A stretch of DNA of 63,293 bases, filler included, from Conidiobolus incongruus B7586 (taxonomy: Eukaryota), in assembly GCA_000697335.1 (NCBI GenBank). It is 9 parts of 9 records of this genome, joined end to end, with 100 filler letters (N's around TTAATTAATTAA, not from the genome) between each part and the next. Parts side by side here need not be neighbours in the genome. Positions count along the whole stretch, not along the records: positions 1 to 15,527 come from JNEM01006350.1; positions 15,628 to 27,053 come from JNEM01006352.1; 7 more parts are not named here. One strand, written 5' to 3'. Both the position numbers and the translations under genes were made by a program. Under the pieces are notes generated by a model that saw only the letters and a list, made by a program, of their open reading frames with translations, had not been told where the DNA came from and did not search any database. The number at the start of each line of letters is the position of its first letter. Positions within the stretch are counted from its first letter, which is position 1. Shown in pieces: positions 14,430 through 24,578 of the stretch.

Positions 14430-15527
14430 AAATTATACTATATCTTTTCTACTTTATTATTAATAATTATCAATAATATTAATATTAATATAATTTCCCA
14501 ATTTTTCATTTAATAATCCAAATTTTATTAATTATTAATTATTAATTATTAATTATTAATATCGTTTAATTATATGAATAAAGCTAAGTATATTTTATAA
14601 TAATATGAATATTTATTATTAAACTTATCTAAATATTTACTTTGAATTTTTCAAATCATATCTTTTATTTTATATTAAAAGAATGATTTATCATAATTGA
14701 TACTATTTAAATGGCTGATAATCAATAAATATTTAATGTAGTATTCTCCTAAGTACAATATATTTTATTTATAATTTATTAAAATAATAAAAACTTATAT
14801 GTTAAATTATAAATTATAATTTGATTTTATATTTTAGTACTTATATTTATTTGTGATATATTTTTTTGAATACTTGAATAAAAATTCAAATCTAGATTTA
14901 AATAATGATTTAATTTATATTAATATTTTATAATAAGTTCTAAATTAATTTATTATTTTCTATGATAGTTTTTTCTGATTGATTTTTATTAATCAATACA
15001 AATTGATACTATTATTTCATTTTCATTATATTATTATATTTATAATTTATTCTTATTATAAAACTTGAAATAATTTTAGAATAATCAATTAACTGAAAAA
15101 ATCATTTTTTTGATAATTAAATTTATAATTTTAAATTTAATAAAAGATATTTCTTGTATTTTTAGATAATAAACAAAGTTATCCAAATTTAAAACATTCA
15201 ATTTTTAATCAAAATTAACCTAATTACTCTTTGGCAATTATAAATATCTAATAATTTTAATCTGAATATTATTCTCAATCCTAAAAATTAAATATTTATT
15301 TTATATTTTATTTTAGAAAGTTTATATTTTGAATTTATTTTAATATTATAGTTTTGAAATAAATTCCTATATTAGTAGTTTGAATTTCGATTAATTAATT
15401 AATATTATATTTTATAAAAAATATTATTATATTATTGCTTTGTTATGTTTTGATAATTATGAATATATTTATTAATAATATAAATATTTAAATATTATAA
15501 ATAATATAAAATATCAAATTATATATT

Positions 15528-15627
15528 NNNNNNNNNNNNNNNNNNNNNNNNNNNNNNNNNNNNNNNNNNNNTTAATTAATTAANNNNNNNNNNNNNNNNN
15601 NNNNNNNNNNNNNNNNNNNNNNNNNNN
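15528..15627. other. Assembly spacer N44-TTAATTAATTAA-N44 (artefact); also at 27054-27153, 35577-35676, 47054-47153, 49194-49293, 51143-51242, 59856-59955, 61635-61734
   Basis: Eight identical 100-bp blocks; TTAATTAATTAA places stop codons in all six frames, as in a contig-joining linker. Confidence 0.97.
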
Positions 15628-15636
15628 TGACTCAGG

Positions 15637-15681
15637 CCTCAAGTGTTCCTCCTTGCTTACACTTGAGGGTCTTCTTTTCCC
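15637..15681 (-). promoter_or_regulatory. -1 programmed ribosomal frameshift signal (gag-pol)
   Basis: In-frame slippery heptamer G GGA AAA (15681-15675), 6-nt spacer, then a perfect 10-bp stem CCUCAAGUGU/ACACUUGAGG with a 12-nt loop spanning the gag stop. The -1 frame (RRPSSVSKEEHLRPES) is open to the gap. Confidence 0.8.
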
Positions 15682-16799
15682 GACTGATTATTCTTGCAGT
15701 CTCTTGCGAAATGTCCTTCTTCTTTACATTTAAAACATCTGTTTTCTTGTCTTAATTTTTCTTTAGCAGTGGGGTCAATTCTTTCATTATGTCTCATTGA
15801 CTTTGGTTTTGATTTTAAGGTCTTCTTTTCTGCTTCTCTAAAAGTGGGCAGGGAGCTTTCTATGTCCTTCTTTAATTTAGAAGCGACTATGGCTTGCTGT
15901 ATCTCTGGTCGTATGTTATTTCGGAATACACATAGCTGAGTTAATTCGTCCATCGCTGTTAAACTTGCCAATGATGCAAAGCGTAGGTAAAATTCCTGAA
16001 TATTTTCATTTATACCTTGTTTACACTGATGCACCTTGCTAATCCGGTCAAAGGCCGATTGTTCTGTGGGTGCAAACATTGCTTGGAACCTACTAATTAT
16101 TTCGTCGAATGTTTTAGGAGGGTTACTTTTCCTTTTTAACGTCAAATTCCACCATTTCTTAGCCTTTCCTTTTAGCCCTTTACCAAATATTTCCATTTTT
16201 TGAGTATCAGTTAGTTGAGGGTGCTCTTCTATATATTGGTGGAAATTATGAATATATTGAGAAGCCTGTTCTTCATATCCTGAACATATTTCTTCGAAGA
16301 CTTCATTGCCATGATAAGATATATTTTGATTAATAATCTGAATCTTTGTTCCTTTCACTGTTTTCGGATCTCTTCTCTTTTCTTGTACATACTGGATTGC
16401 TCGTTTTATCACCCATCCTATTATTATACATAGAGTCACTCCGAATCGATATTTAATCAAATTTGATAGTACTTCTAAGCCTTTGGGTAAGGACATACTA
16501 CCATAAACTTGAAAAAAGGTTATTCTGGTCATTTTGTCAATGGCCTCTAGGATCCGCCAATGAGGGGCCGAGGGATTCGTCACGAGGTCATCACATCGAT
16601 GTATAAGAATTCCCCAACTCAGTAATAAACATAAGCGCATGATCCAACGATTAATCCCAGTAGTCACCCAAATTCCCCCCCAGCTAATCATTATACATAG
16701 AACGGCGACGACGAATACAATTGAGGATACCTGTGTAGGTTCCGCAAGGGGGGTCTCTTTTAGGACTATAGGGGAGAAAATGTAACGAAGCATTACCAT
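15657..16799 (-). CDS. gag: Retrotransposon Gag with CCHC zinc knuckle and hydrophobic N-terminal extension (true start uncertain)
   Basis: Capsid-like LKGKAKKWW...TFDEIISRFQAMF...CKQGINENIQEFYLRF and C-terminal CFKCKEEGHFARDC (CX2CX4HX4C). Confidence 0.85.
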   Translation of the reverse strand: MVMLRYIFSPIVLKETPLAEPTQVSSIVFVVAVLCIMISWGGIWVTTGINRWIMRLCLLLSWGILIHRCDDLVTNPSAPHWRILEAIDKMTRITFFQVYGSMSLPKGLEVLSNLIKYRFGVTLCIIIGWVIKRAIQYVQEKRRDPKTVKGTKIQIINQNISYHGNEVFEEICSGYEEQASQYIHNFHQYIEEHPQLTDTQKMEIFGKGLKGKAKKWWNLTLKRKSNPPKTFDEIISRFQAMFAPTEQSAFDRISKVHQCKQGINENIQEFYLRFASLASLTAMDELTQLCVFRNNIRPEIQQAIVASKLKKDIESSLPTFREAEKKTLKSKPKSMRHNERIDPTAKEKLRQENRCFKCKEEGHFARDCKNNQSGKEDPQV

Positions 16800-17027
16800 A
16801 ATGTATGTTCTTATGATAAGGTGCTCTGATTTCGAGAGAGAGAGAGTTTATTAGTTCTTTGGATCTTTCAAGGAATGACCAGAATAGTTGAGTAAACTAT
16901 TCTGGTGTTTTCTTTTATGTTTCCTTATTCTATACTAATTGTTTTACTTATTTTGGCTTGCTTCGGGGACTTTCGTTTTGTTCTTAATATGACCTTGTTT
17001 TGGATAATGTCACGATGGGTCGTGACA
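16781..17027 (-). repeat. 5' LTR (about 247 bp) of the Gypsy element
   Basis: Minus strand TGTCACGA...TCGTTACA (8-bp imperfect terminal IR), AATAAA at 16852-16847, internal 12-bp hairpin 16878-16906 and terminal palindrome 17005-17030. The second LTR is not visible, so the ends are unconfirmed. Confidence 0.6.
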
Positions 17028-17150
17028 TTACCAAACTTCTTGATATACAAAAATAAATTGTGAACCAATGATCCCATAAAATTTATTTTCAAAATAGCGT
17101 AAATTAACATTATTGTTAAAATCCATTATTTTTTAACTTGGTAAAATAAA

Positions 17151-18997
17151 ATGAATAACAACGATTATAAACAAAATTATCAATCATTAATTGAATCAAT
17201 ATTAGATCAACAGTCTATAAATTTAAGTGACAGTAATAAATAACTCAATAAATAACCTATATAATAGTATTTTACTAATATTTCTAAATAGTTTTTACAG
17301 GTCCCTGCACCTCTATAATCAATTCCAAATCATCCTCTAACAAAATCCAACAACAATTGCAACCGTCCCAACAGACGAAAGGAAATACGCCAAAGGAAGA
17401 TAGTTTCCACTGTGAATCTTGTAACAAAAGCTTTAAATCTTTACCAACTTTCGAAATTCATCAAAAATCAGCTAAACATTTGAATAATTTGAAATTGAAA
17501 AATACAAAGAAGGGCGGGGGCAATAACGGTAATAATTGATTTTATTGGTATTCTGATGGTTGGGTTATTAACGAGTTTTTAGATAAAAAAGCATTAGGTA
17601 ATCATGATAACTATTGTATATAGGTTAAATATTGATACAAAATTAAATTCAGAAACGTTCAAAGCGTGTCAAAAACTAAAAATAGAAGAAAATCCAGTAG
17701 ATAGTGTGACTCTATTATGGAATGGAGCAACTAGTAACTCATCATAATTATCATCGATATATCATTCAATTTAACATTCTATACTAGTACTTTGGGAATC
17801 CTACCACTATTCCCAAGGTATTGCCATTCTCTATCGCATCATGGATGCATTAGAAATCGTGTCGAAATCTTCAGAACCGCTCATGAAAAAATCTCAGCTC
17901 AAATTACTCAACTATCTCTTGAATTTGAGTTTAGCTCGTGCTTTTGGTCTAATATTTATAGTCTGTCAAAGATCTAACAATTTAGAAACTTTGAACTTGT
18001 CACTCCATTTTTATTATCAAGCTTTAAATATTAAAACTCAAAGTTGGCAGTCCACATTTGATCAACTTACTAATAAGGTATTTATATTTAATTTGAATTG
18101 ATACAATGGTCGATTAACTCATATATCATCATCTCCAGGACTTATTCAAAACATCGGTCACTGACATCTACACCCAAATCCACGAACTTTACACTATGAC
18201 ACATGTTAAACCTCCAGGAGATGATCCTAACTTAAACATTGATTTAATTATTTCCGAAATCCTAGGAATTTGTCAACATCTACCATCATCAAATCATTCC
18301 AAATATTCAATTTATTTAGTATTCCAATATTATCGACTTATTACTGCTATGATTCAAAATAAGTAATTTATTTTAATGTAAGTATTTTATTTTAGTATTA
18401 ATAGAGTTATTTTAGTATTGAATTATTCAGAGTGTCATTTAATGAATTAAAAGTGGTAAATTTAACTCAAAATTTATTAATATTTTAATATTATTAAACT
18501 AATTCTAATTTAGATTTATTCAACAAAATCTCAACTCTACAAAATTATTGATATATTAGAAACCATTCTGAAATCAAATTCTGTCAAATTTGATTTAATT
18601 ATGAATGAATTTTTGTTTGGTTTACAGTTGTGTATTAATAATAGTAATATATTAATGCTATGTTGTTAAAATTTTTATTAATCTTGTTTTTAGATGATTT
18701 GGTCAGATTTGATAATTTGGTCAAATATCATGATGAAATGGCAATCATTGGCAATGATTCACTAATTAAAGAAATAGAGGTAATTTAACATATTCAATAC
18801 TGAAATATTATAAATTAATTTTATTATTCAAGTACTTTATCCAATTTTATAAGAGTATTCAGCAGGGGAATATGAATTGGTATGAATTGCAGAGTAATGT
18901 CAAGGAGTTGAAAGAGTTTTCGGAATTTGGCCAATTGATATTGAAACAGCAGTTTTTTAAATTTAATCATTTTCCTCTGTTGATGGATGTGATGTAA
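17151..18997 (+). CDS. Multi-exon protein with one C2H2 (JAZ/matrin-like) zinc finger, function unknown
   Basis: FHCESCNKSFKSLPTFEIHQKSAKH in exon 2. A chain of short GT-AG introns runs from ATG 17151 to the last exon 18833-18997 (YFIQFYK...MDVM*). Internal exon boundaries are approximate. Confidence 0.65.
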
Positions 18998-19197
18998 TTG
19001 GTAGAATAAAATGTAGGACAGATATTTTTATCATTGTAATATCGTTTATATTCTGAAAATATTATAGTTGATTGCAAAGTTTAAAATCTGATTATTTAAA
19101 TATTATCATTTGAAATAGTACTAAGAATATATACCTTTTTGATCAAAGTTATGTATTGAATCAACATCATACTAATTAACTGAATTTTTTGATATTT

Positions 19198-19239
<42 letters not shown>

Positions 19240-19487
19240 ACAATGTACTATTAATTCCTTAATAGTGTTGAATAAATACAATCATAGTTAGATTTATAAA
19301 AATAAATGAGTACACATTAAGTTTAAGAGTTCATTGAAGAATCATAAATGATAAAAGGTATCACACACGGAAGCCATGCTTAATTCAAAATCACGAACTG
19401 TCAAGCAAGATAATCTCACTAATACTCATATCTTATCATTACCCAATTTAAACACTATTAACACCAATAAAATTTATTAATAAAAAA

Positions 19488-20137
19488 TCAACGATTTAAA
19501 TACTGATTAAACTGATCATAACTAATCGAAAACTCTCTCTCCAATTCGTCCAACAATTGAACTGTTGACTTGTTCTCATTCTCCATCAATTCTATCAAAT
19601 TACTCTCTTTAATTAGTTGTTGCGAATTCCTAAATTATTAGTTATATTATTAACATATTATATTGATTATATAATGATTTACTTTGAAAACACTCCCTCA
19701 ATCAACAGCGTCGTATCCTTATCGCCATTCGAATTTTGCCCAGAACTACTAGGAGTATTATTATTAGGCGTAAACGGATGATTATCTATCAATTTAGCAT
19801 TATGTAAATAAAAATAAGGGGAATAATTTCTAGTATCGATTATTTCTTGACAATTTTCGTCAAAATCGATAATTATACAGTTTTCTTTGGATATGGAATC
19901 GGGTACCGTCTCTTCCTCAAATACAAATAAAACTTGGGGATGTTGAAACGTATTGGTTATAGGCTCTTGTAGTAATACAAATTGGGGAATTTGTAACTCT
20001 TTGTTATTAGAAATAGGCTCTGTTGGCACTGTGTCAGTACCAGAATTATTAGATGTGGAAGTAAATGATGTATTAGAATTAGGAATTTCTTTATTTTCCA
20101 TTAGTTTTAAATTATAATAATTAAGTATTGTACTCAT
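19488..20137 (-). CDS. Hypothetical protein resembling the autophagy factor Atg31 family; at least 2 exons, both ends uncertain
   Basis: Pattern TNTFQHPQVLFVFEEE...CIIIDFDE...NYSPYF...LLIEGV plus a C-terminal helix recalls filamentous-fungal Atg31 (recognised by eye). Intron after 19683. Alternative start MENKE at 20101. Confidence 0.5.
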
Positions 20138-20448
20138 TGACTTGCATTAAATTAATCTATATGAGTTTTATATTTAATTTAATTTTATGGGATTGAGAGG
20201 ATTTTAAACAATGAATTGTTTAAAATAGTTTTGCAAATTTTAATAATGAATAATAAATTGATAGATTAAGTTTTAATGATAATAAGTGCTTTAAAATATT
20301 AAAACTAGTATTAATACAGATGAAGTTGAAATAGCCTTAAATAGTTTTATTATCTATCAAGTAATAAAAATTTTATAAAATAATGATAAATAAGAATATT
20401 AAAATATTATAATATGATATAAGTATCTAATAAAACTTAATTACCAAA

Positions 20449-21237
20449 TTATTTATTTATTATACAATGAGTAAAAAAAACTTTTAAATACAGTAATTTA
20501 ATTAACTTTTTCAAAATATTGCCAGATTTGAACTTGTGAGTTTTTGTACTAATCTTTTCATAGATTTGAAAAGATTGAATCGTTTGTTTAGCTTTAGTAG
20601 TTTGAACGATATCAACAGTTTCTTTAACATAATTGGAAACCAATTCAGCAAACAATTTACCTTGAGTATGAGCATTTTCTAATTACTTTTCTGAAGGTTG
20701 ACGTGTTCCATCACCGCCAGCAATCACACTAGCACCGTATGGAGATCCTCCAATCAGTTCTTCCGCCTCATTAATATGCTCACTGGCATAGCCCAAGGGA
20801 GAGTATACCATACCATTGTGGGCAAAGAAGTTGATCATCGCCAAGTGGGTGGTTTCTTGACCTCCGTGTTGACTTCCAGTCGAGACGAAAGTACCTGCAA
20901 ATTTGTTTCTGAGAGCGCCGCTAGCCCAGAGACCACCGCAAGCATCGAGGAAAGTTTTAAGCTGAGCAGGGAGGGATCCGAAACGGGTGGGAAAACCAAA
21001 CAAAATACCATCGGCCTTAGTTAGGAGATCAGGAGTGATTTCGGGATCATTTGTAGGAGGAGCAGCGTACATCTTTTCAAGGACTTCTTCAGGCAATGTT
21101 TCGGAGATTCTGAAGAGAGTAACTTCGACATTGGGGATTTGTTCAGCACCTTCCTTAATTACTTTAGCCAATTGGTAGGCATGAGTATATGTGGCATAAT
21201 AAGGAATATATATTTGAGTTAGCCCAATTTGAGTTAT
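20449..21237 (-). pseudogene. WrbA/flavodoxin-like NAD(P)H:quinone oxidoreductase pseudogene (paralog of 22181-22924)
   Basis: Start codon is ATA at 21237, where the paralog has ATG. GAA>TAA stop at 20685-20683. Homology continues after the stop (LENAHTQGKLFAELVSNYVK). Confidence 0.75.
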
Positions 21238-22180
21238 TTTAAAAGTTAATATATGATATAACTAATAATATACAAAACAATTTTATGAATCTAACCACTC
21301 CAGCTTGATACTATATATATTAACTTCACAAAACTGAATTATCAAAAATATTGATAATATAACTCATTTGTAACAATATTCAAATCTAATCAAATTATTC
21401 ACATTTTTAATGTGTTATTTTGATGATTCCAAATTGATTAGTCCACTAAATAATTGAATTTGAAATTCAAATCAAAAACCTGTTTTTTAAATTTATATTG
21501 AATTGATTTAAATTGAGAATACAGAGTTGATTATAAATCGTGTATAATTAGTGTAAGTAAAGAGAATCAATATTTTTAATATATTGTTAAAAATTTGTTA
21601 AGTCTAGATAATTCCTGACTACTCAATTTTATTTACTAAGAAATATTCAAACCCAAAAGTTTAATCTAGTTTTAAAAATATAACTGCTATTAAAAATAAT
21701 TGAATTTCACTATATCAAATTTTTAATTTTTAATAAAATATTATTTCTATAAAATTTATTGTATTAATCTTCAAATTAATTCAATAGGAATATACATATT
21801 TTTAAATTTTATTCGCGATTATTATTTGTTTTTTGTTAAAATTTGGATTTTGCCAATATAAAAACCAGTATTAATAGTACTTATAGATAATGACGCCCAA
21901 TATAAAATACCTATTTATATAGCTGTTTTTTCTCAAAATTACATATAGAATTCAAATATCTTTTGCCAATGGATAAAATGTATAAATAATATGGATATAG
22001 CTGATCGAATACAGCTAATTGAAGAATATATTATTTGGGTTTTTTTCATTATTGTATACTAATATAATTTAACAAGCTTGTTGCAAAAAATATTTGAAAA
22101 ATTTTTCAATATAATTTAAATATGTTAGTTTATTTTACATTTTTGATATGTGATAATTGAATGATAGGATAGTTATTGAA

Positions 22181-22924
22181 TTAGTTAATACATAAGAGCT
22201 TTCTCAAAAAACTGGATTTGGTCTTTTCAACTTTAGGAGCTTTGGGAATGTCGATTTTGGTGGGTTGAGGAGCTTCAACCTTACGAGGTTCTGGAACTTC
22301 GATAGATCCCTTGACATATGTTGAAACCAATTGAGCAAAGTTTTTACCTTGAACGCGAGCAATTTCTAATTCCTTTTCTGAAGGTTGACGTGTTCCATCA
22401 CCGCCAGCAATCACACTAGCACCGTATGGAGATCCTCCAATCAGTTCTTCCGCCTCATTAATATGCTCACTGGCATAGCCCAAGGGAGAGTATACCATAC
22501 CATTGTGGGCAAAGAAGTTGATCATCGCCAAGTGGGTGGTTTCTTGACCTCCGTGTTGACTTCCAGTCGAGACGAAAGTACCTGCAAATTTGTTTCTGAG
22601 AGCGCCGCTAGCCCAGAGACCACCGCAAGCATCGAGGAAAGTTTTAAGCTGAGCAGGGAGGGATCCGAAACGGGTGGGAAAACCAAACAAAATACCATCG
22701 GCCTTAGTTAGGAGATCAGGAGTGATTTCGGGATCATTTGTAGGAGGAGCAGCGTACATCTTTTCAAGGACTTCTTCAGGCAATGTTTCGGGGATTCTGA
22801 AGAGAGTAACTTCGACATTGGGGATTTGTTCAGCACCTTCCTTAATTGCTTTAGCCAATTGGTAGACATGGGTATAGGTAGTGTAGTAAGGAATGTAAAT
22901 TTGAGCTGGACGAATTTGAGCCAT
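22181..22924 (-). CDS. WrbA/flavodoxin-like NAD(P)H:quinone oxidoreductase, long Ycp4-like form, 247 aa
   Basis: GFPTRFG, LWASGAL, FVSTGSQHGGQETT and GGSPYGA motifs; Pro/Lys-rich tail ending FLRKLLCIN. Start MAQIR chosen by comparison with the paralogs. Confidence 0.92.
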   Translation of the reverse strand: MAQIRPAQIYIPYYTTYTHVYQLAKAIKEGAEQIPNVEVTLFRIPETLPEEVLEKMYAAPPTNDPEITPDLLTKADGILFGFPTRFGSLPAQLKTFLDACGGLWASGALRNKFAGTFVSTGSQHGGQETTHLAMINFFAHNGMVYSPLGYASEHINEAEELIGGSPYGASVIAGGDGTRQPSEKELEIARVQGKNFAQLVSTYVKGSIEVPEPRKVEAPQPTKIDIPKAPKVEKTKSSFLRKLLCIN

Positions 22925-23946
22925 TTTTCTTTTAAGTTCAAATAAATAATTAGTTAGTAGATAATTAATTAATTCTGCCAACCACAATATAATATATATA
23001 TATATATAAATCTTCAAGCCATCCATAATCCTGTATATTAATAATATACCGAGATATTGAATTTATCCCAATCAAGTTTAAATGTTTATCAATTTAATGA
23101 GAAATTTGCTGATTTCCAATTTAAGAAAACACCTAAATAATCTAATTTGAAATGATTGGATTATTATAAATTAAATACTATCTACATAAACTTTATTTTT
23201 ATTACCTTATATACTCTTTATCGTAATCTAATTATTAATAAACCTAAAACTTAATAATCAACAATAATAAAATGATGTAATGATTAGTCTGGGTTTTATT
23301 CCGATTTCATGTTGTATTACTGTCAATAATTTATCTATATATTTAACAAACCGCATTTTATTTTTTAATATGGAACATTGATTGAAACTCTATTATAAAT
23401 AAATATTATATTAATATATTAGTGTTTTATTTTGAATTAGCAAAATCGCCACCTTATAATATAAAACAATATCACTGATAATCAACTGTATAACAGCTTT
23501 GTCTATCTAACAGATCCAGCCCCATTAAAAATCTTGATATACTGATTAGAAAATTTGTTCTCATATTTTGGAACTTGGTAAAAAAAAATTTCCAGATTTA
23601 TCCATTAGTCATTTTAGATAAGCTAATATCAAATATGCTATCAATTAATAACTTTATAGTATATTTAGTATATTCAATCATGGTATGGATTTTGATATTA
23701 ATACAAATCACATCTTCTATCTATTGTTAAAATAAAACCATATATTTATATTAGTACCAAATCAATATAATTATTTTTTTTAATTTCGTTATGTTGATAT
23801 TAAATTTACATAAAATTAATAAGAGTAGTAGAATGAATTAAATTAACGTATTATTTTTAATTATAGAACAATAAATTATTTTATAAGGAGTTTTATTAAA
23901 AAAACTATATGAATTTTACAATAATTATAAAATATAATAACTATAG

Positions 23947-24578
23947 TTATTGATAATCAGTGTCTTTGACATAAGTAGGAACAATCTTAGCAAATCTTTC
24001 ACCTTGAATACAAGCAATTTCTAATTCCTTTTCAGAGGGTTGACGAGTTCCATTGGGATCAGCAATAGTACTGGGGCCATAGGGAGATCCATCAACGATT
24101 TCTTGATCATTATGTACGTGATTGAAACATAACTCAAAGGAACGTAGTTGACGGCATTGTGGGCGAGCCAGTTGATCAAAGCCAAGTGAGTGGTTTCTTG
24201 ACCACCGTGTTGAGACACAGTAGAGACGAAAGTATCAGCAAATTTACCATAAAGAGCTTTGGAAGACCAAAAACCACCGAGGGAATCGATGAAATTCTTG
24301 ACTTGAGAGGAGAAAGATCCAAAAGCAGTAGGGTAACCAATAAAGAAATCATCAGCTTGAGTTAAGATTTCAGCAGTAATTTCGGGGTCTTCAGTTTGGG
24401 GAGCAGTATGAATCTTTTCTAAAGCTTCCTTGGGTAAAGTTTCATAGAAGCGGTAGAGAGTAACTTCAACATTGGGAACTTTTTCAGCACCTTTCTTAAT
24501 GGCCTTAGCCAATTGTTAGACATGAGTATAAATGGTATCGCAAGGAATGGCAATCTTAGTAAGGCGAGTATGAGTCAT
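23947..24578 (-). pseudogene. WrbA/flavodoxin-like quinone reductase pseudogene (paralog of 32495-33127)
   Basis: TAC>TAA stop at 24518-24516, 1-bp deletion frameshift near 24123, and conserved Gly residues changed to Asp (ADDF, FADT, VDGSPYG). Confidence 0.85.

Larger units (their letters stand above)
15628..17027 (-). mobile_element. Ty3/Gypsy-type LTR retrotransposon, 5' part (LTR, gag, start of pol); remainder lost in the gap
   Basis: LTR-like 247-bp segment, gag ORF and -1 frameshift signal; higher GC than the flanks, with CpG retained. Confidence 0.85.

Noticed and set aside
15572..15583. Recurrent TTAATTAATTAA palindrome as a biological repeat or CRISPR-like array
   Set aside because: Always centred in N44 runs; it is a six-frame-stop assembly linker
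22925..23026. 34-aa hydrophobic N-terminal extension on the long WrbA ORF
   Set aside because: Runs through an (AT)n/TATA region; paralogs start at the position of MAQIR
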